Program-made: the position numbers and the translations under genes | The notes under the pieces: generated by a model | Database searches by the model: none | Told to the model about the DNA's origin: nothing | What the model saw: only the letters and a program-made list of their open reading frames with translations | In this document: piece by piece, positions 12,491 to 25,439 of the stretch | Layout: every line of letters starts with the position of its first letter | How positions within the stretch are numbered: the stretch's first letter is position 1 | Source of the DNA: Octopus vulgaris | Taxonomy: Eukaryota | Direction of reading: 5' to 3' | Assembly (NCBI GenBank): GCA_951406725.2 | Contig: OX597820.1 | Location: forward strand, 4,588,001 to 4,652,000 | Length of the DNA: 64,000 nucleotides

Positions 12491-13242
12491 TCTAACCCAA
12501 GACAGATAGGAGTGGGGAATAAAGAAATGGAGAAGCACTTGCTGCTGGACATCTTCCCTTCTGCTGACCACTGAAGTTTCAAAATTGACGTTGAGCCTGT
12601 TGTCAGTCCATCCGACTGAGGCGCTGTCTTACTTCAGATGCAAAGCGTCTCAAGTAGTGGACACACGGTCAGTTGTCAGTCCACACCTCTCTCCTCACAC
12701 AGGCTCAAACTCCATTTCATCCGAAAGAATATTGAAGTGGTCAGCTGGAGGAAGAGGAGGAGGAGGAGAAGTAGTAGGAAGGGGAGGAAAGACATACGAG
12801 TGATGGTGTGAGTTGGACAGAACTGCAAGTGGAGGAGGGGGAGGAAATGTTGAAGATGAGAAACAAGGTATATGAGGGAGGTGGGGGTGTTAGTTGAGAA
12901 CATTGGCCTCTGAATACTTGACTTGGACTTTATTTGATCAAAGCCAAAAAATGCAGCACGGAATTTTGCCAGTGAACAGGTCGAGGTCTCAGAGCACCGA
13001 AAATATTTTGGGAAATTAAATTTAAATGTTGAAGTGAATCGAACGGTTTTTGTGTGTTTCTTAAATGGCTTATAAACATCTTCCACACTGCCAAAAAAAA
13101 AAAAAAAATGGTTGAATGACAAAGTGAACCCTGGCAGGATTTGAAATGAGAGCATGAAGGGCCGAAGGAAATGATGTTAAACAGTTTGACATCCTAACAA
13201 TTCTGCCAGCTCACCACCATAATAATGATGACGATGATGATG

Positions 13243-13277
<35 letters not shown>

Positions 13278-13857
13278 GATAATGATAACAATAATGTTAT
13301 ATGTGAGAAGATGACACTAAGCATATATTTTTTTGTGTTGTTGATCTTTTATCAAACCTTTGTACTTTTTCAATTAGAACACTCTAATGTTACACCACTT
13401 GATCCGATCAGTATCAATTGGCTCTGTATTCTTGAAGACATAGTTACCCCCACTCCCCACTATCGAAAGAGAGAGAGAGAGGGACACACAGACAGACAGA
13501 GATAAAGTTTCATGAGAGAGAATCTGATAAGGTTAATATTTTATTTTGTTTTTAAGGTGGCAGGGTAATATTTCACTGTTAAACACCGAGTTTTGGCTTG
13601 ATGTGGGCCATTGACCTTCTAAGTTGTTACCATGCCGGGGGGGGTGGGGGGTATTGGGGGTGATATGTCAAAGTTATTTAGTATCCGTCCTGGTTGGGTC
13701 ACGCTATTACTGAACTAATAGCAAATGCGGTTAATGTATACAAGGAAGTCGGAGATTTTGTAGAGCCAACCTTCATCTTGTTTGCAGTTTCCTCAACAAA
13801 CCATTTGTTTGGGTCTGAGTAAACTGGTGTTGTTTTGTGTTGATGAAAGTCAGTAAA

Positions 13858-14293
13858 CCATCACCACCACCATCATCATCATCACCATCTTCATCATCAC
13901 CACCACCACCACCATCAACATCATCAATAACATCATCATCATCATCACCACCATCAATACCATCAACATCATCAACATCATCATCATCACCACCAACATC
14001 ATCACCACCGCCATCAACATCAGCATCGCCGTCATCATTATCATCAATACCATCATCATCATCACCACCATCACCATCATCATCACCATCAACATCATCA
14101 CCACCACCATCAACATCATCACCACCATCAACATCATCATCACCATCAACATCATCACCACCACCATCAACAACATCATCATCACCATCAACATCATCAC
14201 CACCACCATCAATATCATCACCATCATCATCACCACCACCATCAACATCATCATCATCACCACCACCATCATCATCACCATCATCATCATCAT
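13858..14293. repeat. Compound trinucleotide (CAT/CAC/CAA)n tract
   Basis: Direct inspection. It explains the PS-rich and MV-rich ORFs. Confidence 0.95.
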
Positions 14294-14516
14294 CTAATGT
14301 CCTCTCTTCAATGCTTGCATGGGTCAGATGGAATTTGTTGAGGCAGATTTCTCTATGGCTGGATGCTCTTCATATCACCAACCCTCATTTATTTCCAAGG
14401 AAGCTAATATTTCCCCTTGAAATCTAAACATGTTTTCGTGGAAGATTGGACATGAACAACACTGCTTGTATGACAGAGGGATTCATTTACAACTGTCAGG
14501 CAAAGGAGACAATCAT

Positions 14517-14547
<31 letters not shown>

Positions 14548-14703
14548 CCACTGTGTAAAGAGGTTGGCATTAGGAAGGGCATCCAATTGGAAAAACCATG
14601 CCAAAAAAGACAGTGAAGCTTGGTACAGTCCTCTGACTTGCCAGCCCCTATCAAATGGATCTTAAATGATGATGATGTATATATATATATATAGAGAGAG
14701 AGA

Positions 14704-14866
14704 GGTGCAGGAGTGGCTATGTGGTAAGAAGTTTGCTTCCCAACTGCATGGTCCCGGGTTCAGTCCCACTGCATGGCACCTTGGGCAAGTGTCTTCTACT
14801 GTAGCCTCTAGCCGACCAAAGCCTTGTAAGTGGATTCGGTAGATGGAAACTGAAAAGAAGCCTGTC

Positions 14867-14922
<56 letters not shown>

Positions 14923-14972
14923 TTGTCCCCACCCCCATTGCTTGACAACTGATGTTGAGGTGTTTACGTCCC
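14704..14972 (+). mobile_element. Family A SINE, 3'-truncated
   Basis: GGTGCAGGAGTGGCTATGTGGTAAG head, B-box and CORE-like segment. Confidence 0.85.
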
Positions 14973-16214
14973 TGAAATAATGGTGCCTACTCCACTGAAC
15001 ATAGTTATTTAGAGAATAGTGGTGCATATATAAATATACCAATCTCTCCTTCCCCCCCCCTTTTTCAGTCTCTCTCTCTCTCTTTCTCTCGCTCTATGTA
15101 TTTTACTCAGTTAATATACTGCTACAATTCCAAGAATCTCTCCACTCCCCCCACCCTACTATTTTGTGTAAATCTTCTTTGATCTGACTTTCTCCTGCTT
15201 TACCATTCCATGTAATCCATCTCTGACATTCCACCCTCAATTCTTTGCATCATACAAAGACTTTTCTTGTCATTTTGATATTTATAAATTTCTTTACTAA
15301 CCTGATGTAGCATCTTTACCAAACTTCGCTTCATCCCAAGAACTCAGCATCTTTACTTCTTAGCAGTGACAATTCTAAATTTAAACCCTAACCTCAGCTA
15401 TGGCAGTAAAAGCCCATTGTTTTATGTTGTGAAACAATACTTGGAGTTGCAACTATTTGACATTTATCAGGGTTTCAAATTCTAACTATTTTCTAAATGG
15501 TTTCTGCGACAGTTCCTTGTTTTTATCTATATTTATTGTGATTTGAAGCACGATTAAACCAATTTCAACGAGAATGGATGGAAACTTGAAGTAATTCTTA
15601 CGTTAACAGGGGTCTGTAATGGGGTCTGTTATGTTCAGTATTTGTTGATGTTGTTGCTGAACCCTAAATCATTCAGATCCAGCAGAGCTACAATCAAAGA
15701 CACAGACACTCTTCTTGTGACCATCCCATCTAATATTCAACCACAAAGGGCCTGTATACACTGCAAGGCTGAATGTGGGTTTATCGAACATGAGTAAACA
15801 TTGTGTGTAGTAAGATTATCTAATGTGTCCTTCAATTTTCAGAGAGATTAATGTGAGGAGCTGGTATTTCTGCGCTCAACTGATGTCTGTAGAATGAGCT
15901 CCAGAGGGGAAGAAGGGTTCACAGAAAAAAGAAAAAAACAGAACACATGGAACATGGCACAAGACTGGAATGTCCAGCTTTTGCCTTCGATGTTGTTGTT
16001 GTTGTCATCTCAGTCAACTCCTGAGTGAAAATGTTCCAACCATGATACATAATTATTTTCCCACCCAACTATACATGGGTACCACAATAAGGAAACCAGT
16101 GGGAGCCGTGGGAAATTGATGACTGATCTATCAGCATACATCATCAAGAGCAATATACACCCCCACGCCACCTGACCATGTTCAATGTAGACTAGCAGCC
16201 TATCCATGAGGTGA

Positions 16215-16520
16215 AATACATTTGTCACTCATCCGCCAGAGATAAACACCATTGTCGTGATGTGGGAGGGAAGGATTTGCAATGGGATTTCAGTTGCAAG
16301 GGACAAAACAATTCAGAGAAGTGTGTGGAGTTTGTTTTATGGGACCAGAAGGAGGAGATAGGGAACACGAGTATTTCTAATTTGTTAGCTTTGAGGAACA
16401 GATGCTAACGTAGTAGTGGTAGAAGAGACTGAGAGGAGAGGACACAGCATATCTGTGACACGAGGTTGGATTGTGTTGGTGAAGGGGTCTTTATCAGTGA
16501 GTGTAGCTTTTCTGTTTTTA
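16215..16520 (-). mobile_element. Degenerate CR1-like LINE ORF2 3' fragment
   Basis: Minus strand encodes HRYAVSS / SLFYHYY / ICSSKL, similar to the fragment at 44888-45575. Confidence 0.5.
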
Positions 16521-17117
16521 GGGGGTTGCCTCATGAACACGGTTCAGAATATGTGAGCAGCACTTTAGTTTAAAGATTAGGGAATGTTTGCGTATTAAGG
16601 AGGATTAACTCCTGAGCTACACTGAAGTGTTTCCAGATTCTTATCTTGGTGATTAATTGTCAGCAAATCATCGTCAGAGATTAGATAAATAGTCAAGGTA
16701 TCACCACCACCACCACCATCATCAGCAGCAGCACCACCACCACTACCATCAACGTGGTCATCATCGTTGTCATCGTCTTTGTTTTAACATTCACGTTGCC
16801 ATGCTAGCATGGGTCAGATGGAATTTATTGAGGCAGATTTTTCCGCAGCTGGGTGCTCTTCCTGCCACCAACCCTCAACTCTTTCCAAGCAAGCCGTTTC
16901 TCCACCACCACCCCCTCCTCCCGAGGTTAGACATGTCGTTCACACAGAAGATTGGAAATGAACAACCTCACATGTATGATGGTGACACTCATTTACAACT
17001 ATAACATGATGTTGAGACAAAGAAACACACACACACACACAAGGTTCCAAAACCTCATGGCTGGGAAGCAAATTTCTTACCACACAGCCATACCTGTGCT
17101 TGGTGTACACACACACA

Positions 17118-17157
<40 letters not shown>

Positions 17158-19432
17158 TGATGGTGTTGTATATTCTTCCTCCATTTTCACTCTCCAGGTG
17201 TTGTCAGCTGAAGGTAGGTGTTGAAGAAGCCTACCCGAGGTGCCACACATTGGGATTGAAACCCAGAACCTTGCAGTTGGGAATCAAAGACCTTAACTGC
17301 ACAGCTGCGATTGAGTTTATCTGTTTTATGTATGCACTGCAGCAGTTTCATGCACCTTGTACTTTTGTTGTTAGGGGTTGTTTTAGCAGAACAGGGTGGG
17401 GTGCATCCAGGGTGGGTTCTGTGTGTGTGATCTGTGTGTGTGTGTGTGTGTGTGTTTATAAAGGTTATTCAGGGTTTGGCAAAAAAACTCACTGGGGGAA
17501 TCAAAAGTTGAGGAAGTGAAACGTCAAGTTTATCAACAGAAGAGAGAGAGAGAGAGAGAGAGCAAGGAGTGTGTGTGTGTGTGTTTATTGAGGGAGGGAG
17601 GGAGAGAGAAAGGGGTGGAACAGTGCTCAGCTCCAGATCGGTGGTGGAGGTGGTGGAGGTGGTGGCTGAGTGTAAGCAAATAGTTCTGAGACACTTCCTG
17701 GTATTTCACTGTGTCTGTGTGTCTCAGCCTTAACAAGAAGACTTTAGGACATTCACAGAAATACATCTGCTGCCAATTAACACATGTCTACTGCACTAAT
17801 TAACTGCTGCTGCTGCAATAATAACTCCAATAAGTCTGTTAATTAATCCCCGCCATCTCCTCCTCCTCCTCCTACTCACTCAGCATGGCTTTGTCTGCCT
17901 CTTCACACATTTTCAAACACCCTCCTCCTCCCCCTCCTCTCCTCCTCCTCTCTCTCATTTTCTCTCCCTCTTTCTACTTTTCCACTTGTCCTTTCTTTTT
18001 CTCCCTTTTCTTTGTTTTTCTTCGTTTTCTTTCCCTCTCCCGCCCACCCTCTCTCTTCTCCCTCCCACTCTCTTTACACGTCTCTCTCCCTCCCCCCGCA
18101 CCTCTCTCAACTGACAAACAAGCCATTTCATATTCCGCACCCCCCACCCCCCCAGTCCCTTTATCACCACCACCACCACCACCTACCACCCATCACCACA
18201 CCTCCATCCCCCCTCCACTCCCACCACCCCAACATTACATAGTCACACAAAAATTTACTTCACTTCAATAATTGTCATCCTACCTATATCTTCTCTCTCT
18301 CTCTCTCTCCCCACTACCCACCTCCGCCACCCCAGCTCCAGTGATAGGTAGATGGATACTTGCCCTTTACCCTCTGTCTACCTATCTGTCTGTATTTATT
18401 TAGATGTTGACCCACATTCATACACACACACACACGCGCCCGGCTGTGTTTTCTCCTTCACCATCAGAAAGTATGTTCGGCAATCACCCAACGGGGTTTC
18501 AAGTCCGGCTCATCACAACTGCAACACTTCCACACCACATCTAAAGCTTCCACACTCACTCCTGCACTTCCACAGCCACTCTAACACTTCTTTCACACTG
18601 ACTCTAACATTCCCACACTGACTCTGTTTCCACACCGACTCTACTGTTTCCACACACAAACGCACACACATACACATTAACACTTCCACATGCACACGCA
18701 CACACACACACACACACACAAACGCACTCACATAGACACTAACACTTTCACACACCCACAAACTAACACTTACACACATACACACACACAAACACATGCA
18801 AGCACTTCCACACATACACTAACACTTCCGCACATACACTTCCACACACACCCATACTAACACTTCCACACTGACTCTCACCTTTCCACACTCACTTCCT
18901 CTTTCACCAGCCACACAAACAGTCACCCATATTTTATTCTTTTTTTTTCTCCCAATTTTGTCAGATTTTTAACTGTGAAACTTTCATATTGACAAAATTA
19001 AGGTGTTGGCAGGAATGTTGTTGCTGTTGTTGTTGTGGTGTAGCCACTGGTCAGTTCTGACATAGCAAATTGGTCAGTTGTGTAACTAGTGGCCATAGTT
19101 ATGTCCTTTGTTGAATAACCATTGTGATATACGAAGGTGAATCATTTGTGGTTCCCTGTTCACAATCTGGACGTGTTGACCTCTTTCCCCAGACCACTCT
19201 TACACACTGCACTGTTGCTGGTCACTGTCTTAAATAAAGAGGTCGTCTTTTATTTCATGGAGTCTGAAACGTGATGATCATGGCTGGATTGCCTATGATC
19301 GTAGGGTTCCATAGATTAGGTCTAAAACACCCCACATCATTTTACTGACATAACTCAGAGTTTTAACAGTTGTTGAGCTGCTGCAATATTATTACCACCG
19401 TCCACCATCAGGAGAAGAGTATCTTTAATGCC

Positions 19433-19893
19433 GTCATGATCGTCGTCCTCGTTGTCATCGTCATCATCATCATCATTGTTCGACCGTGGTCGAGACAATG
19501 GAATTTACCATGCTACGCCAGACTTCACGGTCCATCATGGCATTACGGAGGTCCTGTTGCTGGATGCCTGTAATCCCTGGAGATTACATCAGGGTAGGAG
19601 AGTGTGCGCCCTCTGGTATTGCGAGTAGATGGCTTCCAGAGGAGAAGAGTAGAAATTACCTCTTTTCAGCTCTACAACAATGTCCAGCAAACTGGACTCT
19701 CTTACCTTTCACAAGAGATGACACAGGTGGTAGTTTCCCATATATTTGCATTTTGGTTGGATGGTGCTTCCACGAGAGATTTTGAGCTCTCATAAGGAGG
19801 CGAGTGTAGGTTCCATCCAACCGCCTCTCAAGCTTCTTTGATAACGTCCAAGTTTCTGAGCCATATAGTAGAATTGGTTCGACTGTGGCTTTG
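19433..19893 (-). mobile_element. 5'-truncated RTE-clade LINE (ORF2 C-terminus plus (TGA)n tail)
   Basis: Minus-strand translation KATVEPILLYGSETWTLSKKLERRLDGTYTRLLMRAQNLSW...FAGHC...AMMDREVW, with one frameshift. The LLYGSETW and GH motifs are typical of RTE ORF2. Confidence 0.9.
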
Positions 19894-20249
19894 TTTACTT
19901 TTTTACAGATGTATGACCTGGAACAATGAGAAATGAAGGGTCTTGCTCAAGAACACAATGTGCTGCTTGGTTTGGGAATTGAACCCATGATGTAGCGATT
20001 GTGAGTGCAACAGCCTAACCACTAGGCCACGCACCTTGACTTTTCAATGTTAATAGCATTAAGTGTGTCATCGTCAATATTCAATATAAATTGAGGAAAC
20101 AAATTAGACTCGTTATATCAGTGCAATTAACCGAGGAGTTTTACATCCTGCTGTCATACATACAAACAGTGTTACTGATATAAATCGACCTTCACCATAA
20201 CATCTAATACTGTTGTTGTCTGTCGTTGTGTCATTTCTCCGATAAATAG

Positions 20250-20281
20250 CCTCGTTCAAGTGCGGAAGCGCTGGCCTATAA
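20250..20281 (+). CDS. Candidate short terminal exon (phase 1: xSFKCGSAGL*)
   Basis: CTAAT branch-like motif near 20203, a GT/pyrimidine-rich tract, TAG acceptor and CpG-containing unique sequence. Confidence 0.2.
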
Positions 20282-21522
20282 TTTCCTTATAGAGTGAGCC
20301 ACGGTAGACAGAGCCGAGACATAATGGTCTGATTTGGTGCATCTCTGTGCAGAGAGTTAGGAATCTATCAGAAATGTATTCCTAAATCACAGCAATCCAA
20401 CCCACAGCTGCCCACCTCCATCTGCCTCCTACAGTAACAGAACAAAATTATTTGACCAGTTCTTCAAAATACATGGCAATGAGGAAATAGATGCAGATGG
20501 GTGTGTGTGGTTGAGAAACTTGTTTACCAGCCACATGGTCCCAGGTTCAGTCCTACTGCACAGTATCTTGGGCAAGTGTCTTCTACTATAGCCTTGACCT
20601 GACCAAATCCTTGGGAATGGATTTGGTTCATGGAAACTGAAAGAAACCTGTTGTGTGTGTGTGTGTGTGTGTGTGGTATGGACCCTTGTCTTTGCATCAC
20701 GTTGTGGTTGTGAATGAACATTATCATCGTGCAAATGATAGTGTTCGTTTCCAGTTTTCCGTGAGAAATATCTCTGGCCGTGGGGAAATGAGACCTTGCT
20801 TGGGAATGGAATGGCAACAGGAAGGACATCTGGCTGTAGAAAATCTGCCTCAGTAAAGTCAATCTGACCCGTGCACACATGAAAAGCTGGACATTCAATG
20901 ATGAAGTGTGAAGATTCTAATGCGATCACGTGATCGACCAAACTATCGGATGTTGTTATACATCGCTAGTCACAATGCGCTTTGTATCGTTTTAGCTTTC
21001 AGATAATGTCACCCCACTGGCTAGGCTAGCAGGCCAACATTCCCCCTAGTTTTTAAGGTTATTCCATTGCAGGTTTACTTTTTTACAGATGTATGACCTA
21101 GAACAATGAGAAATGAAGGATCTTGCTCAAGAACACAATGTTCTGCTTGGTTTGTGAATTGAACCCATGATGTAGCGATTGTGAGTGCAACAGCCTCACC
21201 ACTATACCACATACCTTGACTTTTCAATGTTAATAGCATTAATTGTGGCCATTAACTGGATACAAGACGTGGAGCTAAGACCATGTGATTCCAGGTTCAG
21301 TCCTACTACAGGGCACCTTGTCAGGACAAAGGCTTTTCTGTGAAGTCAGAAGGACAGAAATATTGTGGAAGTCTGTTGAATGGTTTATTGTCTGGTCTTG
21401 GAGGCTAAACACTTGACCAGTTGACCAACATCATCAGCATCGTCAGTGTCTTTGAGTCTTGTCTCTTTTATAAACATTCTGACCAAGAGTATGTGTGTGT
21501 ATGTATATATATATATATATAT

Positions 21523-21929
21523 TAGGCATGTGCCATCAGTAATTACTCAGGGTAGGCAGTTGGCGATGTTTATTTAGTAAAACACACAAAAGATAACCGA
21601 AACACAGGCGCATGACTGAGTTGGAGGCAGATTTGCTTCTGCCTTTATAGTGCGTAAAGAAAATGTTGTTGTAGGAGTGTACGCAGCATGTGTACCACAG
21701 CAGTACTATGCGTTACTTAGATATTGAGATTGAAAAGCAGGTGTAAATTATGCCTACCTGATCTACAAAAAGATAAAATATTTTGCAATTTATGCAGAGT
21801 AATCAGAGCAACCTTCATAATTTTATTGAATTAGGTGCATATTTTGCCATAAAAGGAAAATGTTACTATCGATCTATTTTATTCAGGGTAGGCACTACCT
21901 ACCATACCTACCCAGGCAGCATGTACCTG
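21523..21929. mobile_element. Probable MITE (hAT-like)
   Basis: Imperfect TIRs TAGGCATGTGC / GCATGTACCTG and subterminal GGTAGGCA / CCTACC repeats. No clear TSD. Confidence 0.45.
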
Positions 21930-21954
21930 ATGCATACATAAATGCATGTGTGTA

Positions 21955-21985
<31 letters not shown>

Positions 21986-22235
21986 TCAGGAGTGGTTGGC
22001 GTTAGGAAGGACATCCAGTTGTAGAAACCATGCCAAATCAGACTGGAGCCTAGTACAGCTCTCTGGCTTACCAGTTCCAGACAGTCTACCTAACTGATGC
22101 CAGCATGGAGAGTGGACGTTAAATGATAATGATATATATATATGTTTGTATGTATGTACATACATATATACAATTATATACATATAGACACATGTATGTA
22201 TACATACCTGCATATATGTACACACATTTACTTTC

Positions 22236-22464
22236 ACGAGGAAGTGAAAGCTGTAGTGAAGAAGTGGCTCAAAGAACAGTCAGCAGAATTTTATGGGGCA
22301 GGGATACATGCTTTCATTCGAAGGTGGAACATTGCTATTGAGAGAAACAGTAGGGATGTGATCCTCAGAGGACCAGCTTCACTTTGATGTATAATGCATG
22401 TTCCTGTGTTGGTAATTATACCTGTCCTAAACAAAATGGCATTACTTTTTGACTCACCCTCATA
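22236..22464 (+). mobile_element. Mariner transposon 3' remnant (transposase C-terminus plus TIR)
   Basis: EEVKAVVKKWLKEQSAEFYGAGIHAFIRRWNIAIERN matches the mariner C-terminal pattern. Ends in TTACTTTTTGACTCACCCTCA-TA. Confidence 0.85.
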
Positions 22465-22485
22465 TATATATATATATATATATCC

Positions 22486-22783
22486 ATCAAAATAAGCAAC
22501 AAGGATATCCAAGGTAGAGTAGTACAATTGATTCATGCTACTTCATTTTATTAAACACTGTAAGTATTACATCAGTTTTAAAATGTCGAGCAATCTTCAG
22601 CCACATAGAGAATTTACACTTACAGTGTTTAATAAAACGAAGTAGCATGAAACAATTGTACTACTATACCATGGATATCCTTGCTGCTTATTTTGATTAT
22701 AATCACCCCGTTTGATTTATATGGATAATACCATACAAAATTCTGGTGCCTTTAACTTAAGTACCATATTCATCTGAATCTAT

Positions 22784-22790
<7 letters not shown>
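22486..22790. mobile_element. Penelope-like fold-back fragment with ~80-bp inverted arms and a hammerhead motif
   Basis: Arms 22486-22565 and 22618-22697 are reverse complements with about 5 mismatches. A hammerhead motif lies on the minus strand at 22519-22604. Confidence 0.7.
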
Positions 22791-22831
<41 letters not shown>

Positions 22832-22834
22832 ATA

Positions 22835-22870
<36 letters not shown>

Positions 22871-23057
22871 TACCTACATATATATATGTATATACACATG
22901 CATATATGGGTACAGGACATCAAAGACATGTAAACAAAAACACGGAAAATGAAATTTTTTTGAGCAACGAAAGAAACAGATAGAGAAACGAAACAGGCAA
23001 CATTAAGGACAATCCCTTCATCAGTTGTCCCCTGTTTTATCTACTCCGTGTTTCGAA

Positions 23058-23091
<34 letters not shown>

Positions 23092-24753
23092 TATAGGGAG
23101 ACACTGCTGATGCTGTTTAATACAGAGACATAAACTAACATTTCAAGTAGTTTCTCAGCTCCTTCAAACCACCACCCACCCACCCACCTCCACCTGCTTT
23201 GGTCCCTTTACTGTATTTTCAGGCAGGTTTTTTTTCTTTTTCAGGATTGGGTAACATCAAAGCATATATTTATGTAGTTAGATAATATTAGAAAGGGAAA
23301 TAAAAGAAAGACCTGGGTAGAGCGAGGGAGGGAGAGATAGAGAGAGAGAGAGAGAGAGAGGGGGGAGAGAGAGAGAGATGTGGGTGGGAGACTGGTATAA
23401 CAGTGGAGTTCCCTCTAACAATGGGTTTCCCTGCTGGGCGACTGTGCATCTGTTATGCACAGATGTTTGCAGAACTCTAAAAGAAAATCTAATTTTATTT
23501 GTGTTAAGGTGAAAAGAATAAGGAGTTGAGTTTAAGGATCAAAGCAATGGAGACCCTTTAATGCAAGGATAGTCTACGTCCTGTGAATAGTTTTGAAGAT
23601 GATGTGAAATGTCTGTTGGTTGTTCTTTGCGTCACTGGAACCTTATAATATTGGTTTATCATTAAATCATTGAAAGTTTACTTCCTGGTGGAATATTTAA
23701 ATTAATTCTTCCTTGCTGTCCAATTGATTCTTCCCAAATGGCTGATCTTTTAAATATTTGCCCCATATCTGCTGAAATTCAAGCAGCCGTGTTTACAACA
23801 TCAATTGGTTGAAGCCATCTGCCTCTTGAAGAAACAATAATTGATTCTTTGGTGGTGGTCTGGTTGCCTGAGTTTTGTTTGATATTAAAACAAGAGTGAG
23901 AGAGAGGGAGAGAGAGAGGCTGTTGCAGTCGGCAACATCATCATCATTATCATCATCATTTGACATCCGTTTCACATGCTGGCATGGGTTAGACAGCTTG
24001 ACAGGAACTGGTAAGACCAGGGACAGCACCAGGCTCTACAGACAGTTTTAGCTTGGTTTCTACGACTGGGTGCCCTTCCTGACACCAACTGCCCCATAAT
24101 GCACTGAATGCTTTTCATATGGTACCTTGGTTTTAGGGTCTCTACATCAACTCTAAATACCATCCCAGATTTATAATTAACTCAATCATTTTTCAAGTAT
24201 TTCTTAATGAATTACAACTTTCACTTCCACATTATTTCCCTGAATTCTTTCATAATTACTGATTACTGATTGGATTCTGTCAATGCATTCTAAATGCTGT
24301 TTAAGCATTACGAAGCCTCTTAATTGCCAGACATGTATTTCATGGAGTAAAATAAAGACCTCTCTCAGGATAGGATGCTAGTCCCTGGCAAAGAGGTGCT
24401 TTCTCATTGATTGATTATGTAGTGCCCTGTTCACCTGGCAATTTACTTCTACCATTCCATGTTTTTGTATCCACTGTCTATTTCTTGTATGGCTTCGTCC
24501 AGTTTTAATGCTCAGTCAAACTGGAAGAAAGTTAGTTATTTCTGCCGGCACACAGACAGGAGTCCTTCGCTTTCTTTGTTCTGTTCCATTCAGACACAAG
24601 ACAAGAATGTGATTGCTAGTCTCTTCAGGTTTGTCTACCATCCTTTTGGGGTCAATAAAATATCACTTGAGTATTGGGGTTGATGTAACTGAATAGCCAC
24701 CCCCCCAAAATTTCAGGCCATATGTCTATTAGTAGACGGTAGTATTATTATTA

Positions 24754-24989
24754 GGCGGCGAGCTGGCAGAAACGTTAGCAGGCCGGGCGAAATGCGTAGC
24801 CGTATTTCGTCTGCCGTTACGTTCTGAGTTCAAATTCCGCGAAGGTCGACTTTGCCTTTCATCCTTTCGGGGTCGATTAAATAAGTACTAGTTACGCACT
24901 GGGGTCGATATAATCGACTTAATCTGTTTGTCTGTCCTTGTTTGTCCTCTCTGTGTTTAACCCCTTGTGGGTAGTAAAGAAATAGGTAT
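24754..24989 (+). mobile_element. Family B tRNA-derived SINE with Meta-like central domain, full length
   Basis: GGCGGCGAGCTGGCAGAA A-box, GAGTTCAAATTCC B-box and GACTTTGCCTTTCATCCTTTCGGGGTCGAT...AAGTAC domain. Flanked by (TAT)n. Confidence 0.85.
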
Positions 24990-25419
24990 TATTATTTAAT
25001 CAGAAAAGAATGGTCACAGACTGACCAATGCAACACTGGTTCGTACAGTGACTAACAGTAAATACTAGATTCCTGACCGACCAACAACTGCATCCATTGG
25101 GTCACAGACTGACCAAAACCCAGCACTAAGTGCGCTATCTCACCTGAGCTGAAATTGCACCTAGTGACCTCGTTTACCTGTCCCCCTTTTATTATCTCAC
25201 TTCAGTTTTTTCCTAATTCCCATTGATTTCCTCTTAATTAGGTTGTTTTGCCAATGTAATTCTTACATCAATCATCTGAAACACAGGACAGTTTCTAAGC
25301 AGTTACGTCTACACATGTTCTCTGGTGCCGCCGGTATTTCTCCCCCACCACCACCACCACCACTCGCTTGTTCGACAATTCCTCATTGCTTTTGTCTTTT
25401 CTGATTATCTCTTTTATAG

Positions 25420-25439
25420 AATATTCTTCTACTGAATAG
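25420..25439 (+). CDS. Candidate terminal exon (phase 1: xYSSTE*) followed by ~1.3 kb of transposon-free UTR-like sequence
   Basis: Acceptor TTTTGTCTTTTCTGATTATCTCTTTTATAG, a CpG cluster downstream and AATAAA at 26703. Confidence 0.25.

Noticed and set aside
11991-14427. ER-rich, LS-rich, PS-rich and MV-rich ORFs
   Set aside because: They are translations of (CT)n and (CAT/CAC)n tracts, with no splice or domain support.
20920-21040. Possible HDV-like ribozyme remnant on the minus strand (GGC..GCC..GG..GCTAA)
   Set aside because: P1 and P1.1 cannot be assigned. It appears to be a truncated repeat fragment.
23010-23060. GAAAC..GTA..CTGATGA on the minus strand (also ~500-540), suggesting a type II hammerhead
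   Set aside because: The segment that must form stem I does not pair, and stem II pairing is poor.
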